Shown: piece after piece, positions 47,601 to 55,851 of the stretch | Numbering within the stretch: position 1 is the stretch's first letter | Layout of the letters: the number at the start of each line of letters is the position of its first letter | From: an uncultured virus (IMG/VR IMGVR_UViG_3300025466_000016) | Lineage: Duplodnaviria > Heunggongvirae > Uroviricota > Caudoviricetes | Reading direction: 5' to 3' (one strand) | IMG/VR virus record: IMGVR_UViG_3300025466_000016 | Length of the DNA stretch: 64,000 nucleotides | The notes under the pieces: model-generated | The model's input: only the letters and a program-made list of their open reading frames with translations | Told to the model about the DNA's origin: nothing | Database searches by the model: none | Program-made: the position numbers and the translations under genes

Positions 47601-50216
47601 GTGTGGTACCGTACTTTGAGATACGGGCAATATATCAATTTGTACAAATGCTCGTTGTGTTCCAGCTGTATCTACTGTAACAACGTAACCATCAAAGAAT
47701 TTTGTAAACACCTGACACTGACTAGTTTTTTCTAGATTTTCTGTCCAGTTGTTTAACATGGTAGTTCCATTAACCATGTAACCAGAGCCAACTTTAACTG
47801 TACCAGCTGTAGTTGTAAATGTATCAGTGTCGTAATAATTGGTAAAAGAAATATCACCAATGTTATTAAAGTTTATGTAGGATAAAGGAAAACCTAAAAT
47901 TGCATCATTGGTTCCTGTGCCCGATGTATATCCAAACAGACGAGATCCGGCAAATGTCGATCCAGGATATACTACCGTATCACTAAAGCTGTATCCATTG
48001 ACATCTACTACGTCAAATAGCGGAGTTTGGTTAATTGCTGTCTTGGCCTGACATTGATACCAATTAGTACCATCAAATCTAAATGTTTTCTTTGCGTTGG
48101 TTGCACCGCCCATTACTAATAAATTTTGTCCAACTATAATAGGATCGTCGGCTGTTGGAACTAATGTAATATAATTATTTCCAGCAATAGACTGATTTTG
48201 TACTTGATACACTTGAGATTTTACAACGTTGTCGTAGTCGTTGGCAAATACTACGCGATCGTTTTCTTGAAGAGTTGCACCGTCAACTTGTGCTGTAATT
48301 TTGCCTTCAACGTCATTCATGGCATCGGTGGTAGTTGTGCCAGTTCCATCGCTAGGTGTTCCATCGCGTGTGGCTATAAACTTAACACCAACTGTATTTG
48401 ATGCTGCACCAAATGATGTAAAGTCAGTAGTGCCAACACTTAAAATTGTATAGTTTCCATATTTTGTTAATGTCTGGGCACTATTAGAAAATGTTATATA
48501 GTTAATAGCAGGTTTAGCTTGCTGACCATAATTGAATAATTTTAAACCAGCTTCAAATTCAATAATTGGTCTACGTGCTAGTAAATTTGGTCCATAGTCT
48601 GCAGACGTATTATTTTTCACGGCTGTGTAAAGTATTACATCTTTGTGGAACCAACGATTATATCGTGTCCACGCATTTTGGTCTGGGCTGGCTCGATTAA
48701 TTGTAATATAATCAGGAGTTGTTGCGATTGCTGAGCCGTAGGCCTCGGGTATTATTAATGCATTGACATCTATCAATGAGATTGATGTGCCAACTCCTTC
48801 AACGTAATATTGATTATTTGCGTATGAACTTGGTGTTACAAAACTGTCAAACTGTACTTTAAGTCCGTTTGTAAATACTACACCATTCGGGCTAGTATAA
48901 CTTGCTTGACCAATAATATCTGCATTGACATCAATCTTAGAAGTTGCATTATCTACTAATTTAATTTTTCCAACAAAGCCGGGATCACTACTGTCTTGAT
49001 AATACAAATAGTCGGAGATAGATGTAATAGCCGGAACTGGCTGATATGATAAATTTTTATCTAACCAAAATTGCTGGCTTGCATGTGTAACACCAGATCC
49101 CACAAATACACGTTGCAACGATGCGATTGGTGTAGATGGGACTAATTGTATAATATAGTCGCCTGTGCCTGTTGCTACTAAGTTAAGTTTCCAGATACTA
49201 GTACGAGTCGCTAAGTCTATTACCTGACCTGGTATTACTTTAGCCGACAATACAGCTGGTAAACTAGCATAAGCTGGAGGAACCGACGGTGTTGTCCAAT
49301 TGGCTGCACTTGAATCATTATTAATAAAAATAATAGATTTAGTACCAAGTTGGTTTACAATGCCATCTAATCCTGTAGGGAAATTTGTAAGGAATGCACT
49401 TAATAATTGATTTTGTATGTCAGTATATTGAAAACTAACTGCCGCATCCACTGTGGCTTTAACTGGCATATCAACATAAAAATTTTGTGATGTTGATTGC
49501 GGAACTTGGAACGTAATACTTCCACTGTCTGTGCCATTGTTTGTCACTCCAAAAACTTGGCGAGTACTTAGTGTAGGTACGTTAGGATCAACCCCAGACA
49601 CACCAGGTTTACTTTGAAACCAAAATTCAAATCCTGGTTGGTCAATATTAAATGTATACGTGCCTCCACGTGCTAGTGTAAGTTGTGTATTGGGGTGCGA
49701 ACCGTTATTACTAAAAACATATCCGCCAAGATTAGTATCTCTTGTTACTGTATATGTAGTACGATACGGAACTTGATTTGCAGCAATACCAATTGGTGCA
49801 GGACCATTAGGCAACCAATAGTAGTTGTAATAGTTTACAAATTTATCATAGTTAAAGTGTCCGTCGTAGCTATAACTAGTAGAAGAAAATAGTCGTTGAT
49901 GGTCAGTAACTATGCCGTTAGCTGACGAAATACTGTTTAATAAATCAGTGTAGCCAGAATTAAATTCTATATTGTTAGCTGAATCAGTTACTACAACACT
50001 AGGCTCAAGCTGATATTGACTACGGCGAGCACTTAGTTCAGGTACATAATTATCACCTAACTTATATGTAGGGGCAAAGGTACGTCCAATATAACCATTG
50101 ATAGAAACATTAACATCTGGAGAAAATAATTGATCCATGGTAGCACCAAGGAATCGTTGGTTCGTGCTACTCTGGAACGCTTGTGGTAAAAATGTAATTG
50201 TTGGTATTAAACTCAT
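38616..50216 (-). CDS. giant virion structural protein (3866 aa), probable baseplate wedge/adhesin
   Basis: Uninterrupted 11.6-kb ORF after the gp6-like gene. Contains FG-GAP-like propeller repeats, PGSGY..P.V.ITGG modules and W..G..Y..GD.V.Y small modules. Confidence 0.85.
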   Translation of the reverse strand: MSLIPTITFLPQAFQSSTNQRFLGATMDQLFSPDVNVSINGYIGRTFAPTYKLGDNYVPELSARRSQYQLEPSVVVTDSANNIEFNSGYTDLLNSISSANGIVTDHQRLFSSTSYSYDGHFNYDKFVNYYNYYWLPNGPAPIGIAANQVPYRTTYTVTRDTNLGGYVFSNNGSHPNTQLTLARGGTYTFNIDQPGFEFWFQSKPGVSGVDPNVPTLSTRQVFGVTNNGTDSGSITFQVPQSTSQNFYVDMPVKATVDAAVSFQYTDIQNQLLSAFLTNFPTGLDGIVNQLGTKSIIFINNDSSAANWTTPSVPPAYASLPAVLSAKVIPGQVIDLATRTSIWKLNLVATGTGDYIIQLVPSTPIASLQRVFVGSGVTHASQQFWLDKNLSYQPVPAITSISDYLYYQDSSDPGFVGKIKLVDNATSKIDVNADIIGQASYTSPNGVVFTNGLKVQFDSFVTPSSYANNQYYVEGVGTSISLIDVNALIIPEAYGSAIATTPDYITINRASPDQNAWTRYNRWFHKDVILYTAVKNNTSADYGPNLLARRPIIEFEAGLKLFNYGQQAKPAINYITFSNSAQTLTKYGNYTILSVGTTDFTSFGAASNTVGVKFIATRDGTPSDGTGTTTTDAMNDVEGKITAQVDGATLQENDRVVFANDYDNVVKSQVYQVQNQSIAGNNYITLVPTADDPIIVGQNLLVMGGATNAKKTFRFDGTNWYQCQAKTAINQTPLFDVVDVNGYSFSDTVVYPGSTFAGSRLFGYTSGTGTNDAILGFPLSYINFNNIGDISFTNYYDTDTFTTTAGTVKVGSGYMVNGTTMLNNWTENLEKTSQCQVFTKFFDGYVVTVDTAGTQRAFVQIDILPVSQSTVPHTKVYLNNTLLNPVTDYTITPIGVYYVVAFNTMPAVGDKIDVLIFSNTSSSTAYYEIPSNLDFNPLNTNFNTITLGQLRSHYNKLIENTSVSSTTSIPTQDNYLKRQGGTLLQHTSPLIYAMTFLSDPEVNFINGINLARKEYQKFKNKFLSLCSTMSGLDYKNPAAGVDAILQTINAVKNSSFPWYYSDMVPQGGEYTETAYTVLNAGQMNYEIGSIFDNTVLSNRAVLVYVNGVQQTVGKDYVFSLISPVITFSRSFTVGDKIVIKDYANTDGNYIPETPTKLGLYPKSNPLLYLDNTYQTPVNVIVGHDGSITPAFGDFRDDYLLELELRIYNNIKVDYSKNNLNIHDTIPGRFRNTDYSLAEYNQIISRDFLSWVGANKINYISNNTFDANNAWTWNYSRFPDVVDKSFLQGSWRAIYNYWFDTDTPNLTPWEMLGFSSQPSWWATRYGPAPYTNGNTVLWADLEAGYIWNGSNSSAYNDVRFARPGLTGFIPVDAAGNLINPIEIPLNGAYNSAQAGLDFSFGQQGPAETAWRRSSDFPYAMQTALALMRPADYFSTQLDTSNFYINSATGQFSNSVNQRITPSLLNVNGDSSSGTTVRTSGYINWVGDSIKNLGIDPVAKLSDYFNRLSVQLNYKMAGFTDYKMLTVSAEQTSPGSTNGSVILPDTNYKIYLNKSVPLATATYSAVIVERTINGYTVSGYDPSIPFFNIIPSVASSNSNTLTINNISVQIYEDSSKTIQAIPYGTEFSTVQQVADFLISYERYLTSVGFTFDTYNTDLSETNNWTLSVKELVYWAQQGWAAGTVIILNPKTTALQLTTAGTIVDEITNLPNQSIILDQNFVPIKSSNFSLLRTESPVASNRFILRTLDGSTICFARLNLVQYEHVLVFDNKSDFGDIIYVPEQGTRQFRLKVSGEKTGAWTGALSAAGYIYSDPMIESWVAGTDYRTGDIVLYNNFYYTATKDIPASQSFNNVLWSQIQKESIQTGLLQNFSLNAGQFAHLYDVDNPPSDETFQEYSAGLIGFRQRQYLTDLGISIPTQTKFYQGYIKEKGSMNAITALTKAAFNNVNGNVNVYEEWAFNVGNYGGINSNQFTEFVLDQSVFTTNPIAFTFNTVATTGNIIANLSSANVYNASNLASTSTALYSNRVDTVYTTDIPTAGYVNLQDVDYTVFSLDKFTAPVSKLGAGDKIWTAKNGLGVWDVLRVNETQVLATSLTYMQSDYGKLTFDNPHNFKAGDSLVLKYFNPRYDGIYVVVSAPNPLSVVLSISTVSPSLTEPSPLQYLIRMNTVTGPGTVYSLDSARVGTIGNLLTYTPPRNGWIDNDKIWIDQDANGSWLVYTYRHPWLSNAAVKSTGNTTVAGQFGSSIRISSDNSYVFTGSPGSHQVFAKPVTTAAPATITVADLNFGQSIDSQGNLLSIASSSNVYIYRQDGNTITALQTITSANLVGNVTSISMSADQTWLYIGGNNQVHAYVANTTPSSANARYVWATKIVNTGSFGNVVKTNTNGNVVFVGAPTATNTYAQNGNVYVYSRSGNVLSLNQTISSVKNQGANFGASLDIDSTAGNLYIGAPNATSSGHVSGSVEQWSLISGTYSKDRVLAHPNNDVGNFGISVSVSGDSQVLAIGSIGSSSDEMTTFDNNITVIDSATTHFLDHIVGSGATYIFETLDNTYIYTQELEAQLQYGDAFGSSVDVTRQYIAVGAPGHSNLYGDAYLFTNPTQTTAWNITRQQQPYVDIDSVARTLMYNKSNNNILAALDFIDPRKGKVLNVANVDIDYKLDYDPALYNRGTGVTVADLHWGPRQVGKIWWDLDDVRYIDYEQDALIYRLTQWSNRFPGSQISVYEWIESTQLPSQYTGTGTPLHPDDSAYSTYGYVDNNGAVRVKYYYWVKGLDTVNTAAGKQNSVVSISAAIANPQSQGIPYATILRNDTVALHNVNHLLTGKNTILQLGSQDVKTKLVHSEYALVQEGNPTSKLPANIISKLLDSLAGIDQAGNPVPDPALLPSQAYGISIRPRQSAIVDVNTAVYNIVILTNQFLIEYPVTERKVLTTLNSEEPAPNTATGYYSLSVATFEELGYVDTNLISAGYQVLVKNDSNNSGKWDIYVWTGTAWIVATRPDGTPWVQLYKTNLWWSYADWYVAGFDPTTTIDVTVANQLELGKITLQPNTYVKVLDTGAGNFAIYHYDSTLTKTTVGIQNGTIQLPGGDVNIPNIEFRQILLALVNDIFIDDLAVRFNQLFFTLIKYIMAEQKNIDWAFKTSFISATQSIRKLQEFPSYIPDNQDFYLQYIEEVKPYRSVIREFVVDYIGNDTYGSDITDFDLPPYWDANVQVYRSPSGELSYDADIQQTGVYSQWYNNYKYQVVDVIIENPGSGYLLPPQVVITGGNGYGATATANINSSGGVSSIVVTSSGLGYTSVPTVIINGAGSGAKGYAVLRNAFTGFAANSHNLVRSISTTIKFDRTTYHAANTFVFWSNVTSANVGQSIAANTIIVLNQQLYKLNNNYTIAANLSFPVTNVTKINANSFNVANDRITAFNGNVNLDLIGDGITYPGVIVDGNTFTGNVYDTTISSAFTTNFGIDPGNILIDGGAYVSTFSSHAPEELIPGRVFDSLDIKVFSNVAPSTNDYAFRLFDDMNGTHSFYRIANANVTTLTSNLSMTDSNIHVVNASILPQPNANLAIPGVVFIGGEKITYYKNYSYQTAWQANVILPVDTVITYNGNIYVTTGNVYDSTFANISSKVNLIGNISTFGNVLGQIRRGVDGTGTPATHSANLRVVDASIQQVIPNANIANVSVAAGTSYTVTANISYNLPLAGYPYLSANIGDYITQTCTANSAVVANLRVLGTVNGATPWTANLVVSPGTVLSYSNQFYVTTGNVYAQYFANILANVTTANANAYSTTSIPVIFVSGNLVSTANTVQINGQTVGNVTTRTPTKLGTITSTGNVVITSNSYVAQTQDWYTPGAGTATNGTGLINSTTAQATFLKQSPGYTP

Positions 50217-50229
50217 TTAATAATTTTCT

Positions 50230-53200
50230 CTAGTAAGTTTGTAGTAAAGGGTTGCCCAAGTTTAATGTTGCTGCTGTAACAGCCGATACAATATCAATAT
50301 CATTAACAGTTGCGGCGCTGGTAATAATTTCCCATGGCTCTGCATTAATTTGGAAATAGTTACCAAACACCAATGTATTGTCTGCTGGTACAATTAGTAC
50401 GCTAGATATATTTGGTGCTAGGGTTGCGTGTAAGTACGCAGCCAACTCACTGAAATAAAATGCGTCGCCAAAGTCCCAGTTGTTTGGATCAAAGTAATTA
50501 TTAATTGCAGCAATTACCTGTGTTTTAATTTCGTTGTCAGTTAAACCAACAGATGAATTTTTAATAATTTGGAAACGTGCCTGTACACTTGGGTCTGCTT
50601 TTGCTCCAAACAGTGGTTTGAATTTTGCAGGATTATAAACAATAGTATCGCTCACGGCTTTGTAATTGTCTAGACTACCGTAATCAGTTTCAAGGCTACT
50701 AGTAGTAGGAGGAATAGGCATAGATAGTTTGCCAGTTAAATCTCGTAACCAATTGATGTAGTCTGTTGCATAGGCGCTGGTTAATATATACATATCAATG
50801 ATATTAATTGGCGTTGGGTCAATACGACTACGTGCTGGACTATTATGTTTGTATTGGAAATACAAACTGTTTCTTGAACTCGATACTGAGCCGGCAGCCT
50901 GTGTAAACAAATCAGGATTGTCTGGGATGCCGTCCATTTGTGTTGTTGGACTCTTAACTAATACCTGTGTAGGATCTACATAACCATCGGACTCGGTGAA
51001 GGTATTATAAATTTGCCATACTAAATCATTGGCTAATGGACTACCAGAATTAGGTTGACTATTAATTTGTAAAATTTTAATAATATCAGATACATTCAAA
51101 CCCGTGGCTGAATTATAAACACGAACTTCTGGATCAAAATAGAATCGTGTGCCGCCAGCAGAGCCAAATGTATATTCTAAGACTCGGTAATTAATTGTGT
51201 ACAGTCCTTGATTATAAGTAAATTTCAATAACCAGTTAGTGCTAGTACCAATGTCAGATGGTAATATATTTGCCCATGTTTGATTTACTTGATCGTAGTA
51301 AAGACCAAAATTAACGGTGGCTTCAATTTGACTAATAATAGTAGCAATAAGACTGTTGCTCAGATCATTCTTATACGGAGGAATAATAGCAACATTACCA
51401 CCTAAGTTACTGTCGCTTAATATTGCTCCAGTTGGAACTACTGTACCAAAAGTAATTAAACTTGGTGTGCTAAAATCGCCGTTGGATACTACGTTAACTA
51501 CCGAAGCATAAAAACTTGTTGTGTCTGTGCTCAAACTTGGTGAGCCGGATTTTAAAAGATGTTGTGCATCAAAATGATATCCGGCTGGCGCTGTAAACTG
51601 TAGACTTGCACCCGGTGCAACATATTGTAAATTTCCACTGACTCCTAGCCCAACTTGCTGAGTGTTACCGGCATATTGTAAGTATCCTGAACTTGTTGAT
51701 GTCGAATTACCAGTTTGTGAAAACGTCACGTTGGCATGCGGGCTATTATAACGCTGGAATGTAGCATAGTAATAATTTTGCATTTCTGTGCTGCTAATAG
51801 CCGGAACTACTTGATTATAAATTGCCGAATAGATATCGTCAGTAGTTAAAAAACTAAACGAAGTTGAATTAATAGAACTGTTGGCTGTTAAAATACCATC
51901 ATCACCAAAAATGTTTGTAGTCGAATAACTACCAGTAGGATCAATTGCATCGAGATATAAACTTACACCCGAACTAGTACGGTTAACCGCTTTGATTTTT
52001 TGAATACTTGTAAACTGAGTCGCAGGGAAAATATTATAATCTTCGCCAGTGATCATACGATTTTGTGTATAGTACTGTTGTGGTGCCGCTGACTTGATAC
52101 TAGATAAACTTGGAGCAGCATTAGCATTAGTTACTGTGTAGGTTAAGCTGGCTGTAACTGTTAATGTTTCAACTGTGTTCTTTTTGCTAATATAGCTAAA
52201 TGCGATACTTACGCTAGATAGGTCATCTGGAGTAATACTATAAGTGGTGCCGTTACCTGTGCGATAGTAAAACACAAACTTACCTGTAGGAATGTTTGCA
52301 AACGATCCATCGCCAAATACCAAATTGATTTGGTCATTGTTTAGAGTATTAACCTGATATAAATTCTTTTCTGTTAAGTTGTTAAACACCACATTGATGC
52401 CAGGTAGTGCAGGAACTTGTGTCCATAGTGTCTGTGGATTGTTATTAACATCTAGACTGTATAACCATTGATCTGTGTTGGTAATATTATTTGTAGCAAC
52501 CGTAACAAAGTTATTTGGAATACTGTTTGTAATGTTAAATGAAGTTGAAGTTAAACTACCTTGTTTAAAGAAAGTAAAAAATCCAGTATTATTACTGCCA
52601 TTACCATTATTGTCGTTGCGATATAAAATATTAAATATACCAGCTTTTGTTGGATCTGATTCGTATATGTAATTTTTACCCACGCTGGTTGCACTAACCG
52701 CTTCAAACGGAATACTAGTACCTTGTATTTTAGCTGTAAACGGTGCTGTAGGTAATGTGTTTGGATTTAGATTAATACTGTATTCGTCAGTTTGGATACC
52801 ATTAATTGCTTGGCTATTACCAGGCTTGCCCACTTGTTCGCTGGTAATTAAACTAGCATTGATAATTGAGGTAAATTGTTCTAACCAATTATCGTTAGTT
52901 AAGTCGTTCCAGTGTACTGTTAGTCCAGCTAAGTTTGTACCATTGCTGTCGGTTAGACTTTCTGTAGTATTAACGCTGTTAATTTTTAATAGGCCAGATG
53001 CCGCATTTGTGCGACTTGGATTGTAACTTAGCATACGTGCTAATTTAAGGATACTGTCACGACGTTGTGCGGTATCAATGAAGTTTTCACGTGCGTTTAA
53101 ATCAGTGCGGAAAGCTAAACTTTGGCCCAAGAAAGCTATCATGTCGATTAACGCAATATATTCACTGCTTTCCAAGAAGTCATTAAAAGTCTCTGGATAG

Positions 53201-53340
53201 TAGACTTTAATGTAATTGATCATGCTGTTACGCAATGTTTCAAAGTCGTAACTAGTGAAGTCTGCGTTAGTGAAAGTTTGATAAATCTTAGTCCAGTCTT
53301 GCTGAACTAGTAGATTCGTTTGACGTGTTGTTTGGGCCAT
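50230..53340 (-). CDS. gp6: baseplate wedge protein, T4 gp6-like
   Basis: DFTSYDFETLR...DLNARENFIDTAQRRDSILKLA..LSYNP; LVFGDG; QNRMITGEDY. Confidence 0.85.
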   Translation of the reverse strand: MAQTTRQTNLLVQQDWTKIYQTFTNADFTSYDFETLRNSMINYIKVYYPETFNDFLESSEYIALIDMIAFLGQSLAFRTDLNARENFIDTAQRRDSILKLARMLSYNPSRTNAASGLLKINSVNTTESLTDSNGTNLAGLTVHWNDLTNDNWLEQFTSIINASLITSEQVGKPGNSQAINGIQTDEYSINLNPNTLPTAPFTAKIQGTSIPFEAVSATSVGKNYIYESDPTKAGIFNILYRNDNNGNGSNNTGFFTFFKQGSLTSTSFNITNSIPNNFVTVATNNITNTDQWLYSLDVNNNPQTLWTQVPALPGINVVFNNLTEKNLYQVNTLNNDQINLVFGDGSFANIPTGKFVFYYRTGNGTTYSITPDDLSSVSIAFSYISKKNTVETLTVTASLTYTVTNANAAPSLSSIKSAAPQQYYTQNRMITGEDYNIFPATQFTSIQKIKAVNRTSSGVSLYLDAIDPTGSYSTTNIFGDDGILTANSSINSTSFSFLTTDDIYSAIYNQVVPAISSTEMQNYYYATFQRYNSPHANVTFSQTGNSTSTSSGYLQYAGNTQQVGLGVSGNLQYVAPGASLQFTAPAGYHFDAQHLLKSGSPSLSTDTTSFYASVVNVVSNGDFSTPSLITFGTVVPTGAILSDSNLGGNVAIIPPYKNDLSNSLIATIISQIEATVNFGLYYDQVNQTWANILPSDIGTSTNWLLKFTYNQGLYTINYRVLEYTFGSAGGTRFYFDPEVRVYNSATGLNVSDIIKILQINSQPNSGSPLANDLVWQIYNTFTESDGYVDPTQVLVKSPTTQMDGIPDNPDLFTQAAGSVSSSRNSLYFQYKHNSPARSRIDPTPINIIDMYILTSAYATDYINWLRDLTGKLSMPIPPTTSSLETDYGSLDNYKAVSDTIVYNPAKFKPLFGAKADPSVQARFQIIKNSSVGLTDNEIKTQVIAAINNYFDPNNWDFGDAFYFSELAAYLHATLAPNISSVLIVPADNTLVFGNYFQINAEPWEIITSAATVNDIDIVSAVTAATLNLGNPLLQTY

Positions 53341-53359
53341 ATTATTTTACCTATATCAA

Positions 53360-53369
53360 GTATTTATCG
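53360..53369 (-). promoter_or_regulatory. putative late promoter CGATAAATAC
   Basis: Identical 10-mer also found at 59421-59430; both lie upstream of structural genes. Confidence 0.6.
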
Positions 53370-53388
53370 GTAGAAATAATATGGTCAG

Positions 53389-53763
53389 TTAATTAGTGGT
53401 TAAAGTTTGGGTTGAGCGATCAAAATTTAGCGATAGTACGCTAGTTTGATTAGTTGGAATATAACTAAGTGTTAGTTGTATTAAAAATCCGTGATCTTGT
53501 TGTGTAATTGCTACTTGTCCTACAGCTAATCGTGGATCATAGCTGATAATCTTGTTAATGTCGTTTTGTATTAACAGTTGAGTATTTTCGTCTAATGGTT
53601 CAAACAACATATCCCAAATAACAGTACCAAACGTAGGTTGCATTAACTTCTGACCCTTGCGTATATTAAAATAATTCAATAGGTCTTGCTTGGCTAATTC
53701 AAAATCAGTCAATGTGTATTTTTTGGCGTTAACGGCGGTACTAAAACCTCTATATGTAGTCAT
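53389..53763 (-). CDS. gp25: baseplate wedge subunit, gp25-like
   Basis: DLLNYFNIRKGQKLMQPTFGT.IWDMLFEP...YDPR. Confidence 0.88.
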   Translation of the reverse strand: MTTYRGFSTAVNAKKYTLTDFELAKQDLLNYFNIRKGQKLMQPTFGTVIWDMLFEPLDENTQLLIQNDINKIISYDPRLAVGQVAITQQDHGFLIQLTLSYIPTNQTSVLSLNFDRSTQTLTTN

Positions 53764-53770
53764 ATTGTAT

Positions 53771-54433
53771 TTATTGGCTTAAAATTGTAATAGCATACTG
53801 GCCAGCATTAAACGGCTCGGCGCCAACACCAACATTACCAAAGCGCCAGGCATAAGCACCAGTTCCTGCTGTGTTTACGTAGGTTGGCGGAGTACCTACT
53901 CCAAGAACCCAGGCCACGTATATCATACCAGCTACTGTTGCAGCATCATCGTCGGGTAAAATTGCATTAATTTTTTTCAAATTGGTATAATTGTCAAATA
54001 TCAATTGATATGCTAAATGCTCCTGACTAGTTCTACTAGATAAAAATTCATTTACTGTTGAAACATTATAAAGATAATTTGCATAGGAATTGGCAGAATT
54101 TCGTATAGTAACTGGGCGCCAGCAAAGTCGATAATTTACACAATTGGTACCGTATGCTTGATTACTGCCTGCGGCTAATAGCCCATACGATTCTAATTGT
54201 TGTGTAGTAACTTGATATCTGCCAAGTTGGTTGTTAACACCAATTTTACTATAATTCCATTGGCTTTGATCGTAGGCTATTTGTGCTTGTAAATTACGAA
54301 TTTCTACGCTGGTTAACATATCAATGTTAGCCCAGTACGGCGGAGATACCGGCGCATCAGCTCGACCTAACCAGCTTTTTGGTAAAGGTGTTAGTACGGT
54401 TGTAAATGCGGCGTTAGTTATTCCAATGTCCAT
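53771..54433 (-). CDS. lysozyme/muramidase-like fold protein, possibly degenerate
   Basis: IAYDQSQWNYSKIGVNNQLGRYQV...FLSSRTSQE resembles an ES...Y...GxYQ muramidase motif; follows the spike gene. Confidence 0.5.
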   Translation of the reverse strand: MDIGITNAAFTTVLTPLPKSWLGRADAPVSPPYWANIDMLTSVEIRNLQAQIAYDQSQWNYSKIGVNNQLGRYQVTTQQLESYGLLAAGSNQAYGTNCVNYRLCWRPVTIRNSANSYANYLYNVSTVNEFLSSRTSQEHLAYQLIFDNYTNLKKINAILPDDDAATVAGMIYVAWVLGVGTPPTYVNTAGTGAYAWRFGNVGVGAEPFNAGQYAITILSQ

Positions 54434-54436
54434 ATA

Positions 54437-55849
54437 TTAATTTTTTGGTGCTGGTCTAGTCCAGGGTTCATGTGTAGGCACTACTTTACAAATTGAATGT
54501 AATGTACTTCCAGCTTGCCATCCTGTGCCTGTGAATACTGTATCTGGGGATATGTGAGGGATCGCTGGTATTGGTGGAATAAACAACGGAGGCTTTGTTA
54601 AACAATTCAATGCCAGCGGTGTTCCAAATAAATTTAATGGGCCAGCGGCTGTTACATCTACAGCGCCAATGGCGTTAATTTTTACAAAGCCGCCTGCGCT
54701 TACGCTAGTTTCTCCACCGGATGCTATGCTAATCGCACCAAGCGAACTCATCCCTATTGTTGCTAGGCTAGTTACTTTAACACCAATTTCTCCATTGATA
54801 TTAACGGATTCGGCATTCATATTAATAGTGCTGTCACTGTGAAAGTTCATTGGTCCCATGCTACGCATATTAATACCAGCAGCGGCATAAACATTAAAGC
54901 TACCGTCGGCACTGAATTCCATCCACTGGCTACCACTGGCGCTGGCAATGTATAATACATTTTCTGTATCATTCATTAGTACTTGGTGCCCACCACTGGT
55001 ACGCAATCTTATTAGTTGATCTTTACCGTCGGTGTCACCGTCGTCCATAACAAACTGATGTCCACCTTTGCGGTAAAATACCAATAGTGGGTCTTTGGCA
55101 TATTGATCAGATGGTGTAGCTTTACGACCCGGCGTACTAATACCGTAAACATTACTTGGTGCTTCTCTCAAGCTGCTAGAGCTGATTGCACCACGTATAG
55201 GATCTTGATCAAGTCCTTGTTTTACCAACACCATTGTTTGGTATTCGTGCGGGTAACGCATTGTAGTAGTTAATCCATCACTGTTAAAAGCATTAGGATC
55301 GCCAATGTCGTATTCAACTACGGGCAACACACTGGTATTGTTTATATAAGAATTTAATGCATCTCCGGGACTAGAGGTATACTGAGATCCGCCGATGCTA
55401 CGTGCCATACCTGGTACCATATGATGACTAGGGCTTTCGTATGTGCAAGCAAACCAATAACCACGATTCTTTTTACCATTGGCAAATATAACTAAAACAT
55501 TATTACCAATATCAGGAGGCACCATCCACATGCCGTAGCTTTGTCCTGTTGTAGCCGGGGTGTTAGGCCCAGCTGTATCGCCACCAGTTGTTTTTCCAAA
55601 AAACGGACTAGCATAGCGTACACGTATAGCACCGCTGTCAGCTGTAGGGGCAGACCCTTGATCTGTTACGTCAGTATAGCCGCTCCAATCGGGAATGGTA
55701 ACCCACAATTCTCCCATACGACTATTTTCAACATGCCCTACTACTTGTGCTAGATACGGACCTGGATCTAAACGTTCACCACCTTGGTTAACGTCTTCGG
55801 TCATTATTTTGTCGCCGCCTTTGCGTCGTCTATTTGTCATTTCACCCAT
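54437..55849 (-). CDS. baseplate central spike, gp5/VgrG-like
   Basis: OB-fold region (SYGMWMVPPDIGNNVLVIF), GHQFVMDDG, RTSGGHQVLMND, beta-helix-like repeats, PTHEPW. Confidence 0.8.
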   Translation of the reverse strand: MGEMTNRRRKGGDKIMTEDVNQGGERLDPGPYLAQVVGHVENSRMGELWVTIPDWSGYTDVTDQGSAPTADSGAIRVRYASPFFGKTTGGDTAGPNTPATTGQSYGMWMVPPDIGNNVLVIFANGKKNRGYWFACTYESPSHHMVPGMARSIGGSQYTSSPGDALNSYINNTSVLPVVEYDIGDPNAFNSDGLTTTMRYPHEYQTMVLVKQGLDQDPIRGAISSSSLREAPSNVYGISTPGRKATPSDQYAKDPLLVFYRKGGHQFVMDDGDTDGKDQLIRLRTSGGHQVLMNDTENVLYIASASGSQWMEFSADGSFNVYAAAGINMRSMGPMNFHSDSTINMNAESVNINGEIGVKVTSLATIGMSSLGAISIASGGETSVSAGGFVKINAIGAVDVTAAGPLNLFGTPLALNCLTKPPLFIPPIPAIPHISPDTVFTGTGWQAGSTLHSICKVVPTHEPWTRPAPKN

Positions 55850-55851
55850 GT

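Noticed and set aside
29812..52672. Many plus-strand 60-140 aa ORFs opposite the structural genes
   Set aside because: Antisense shadows of Thr/Asn/Gly-rich genes (Val/Leu/Pro-rich translations); no RBS or motifs.
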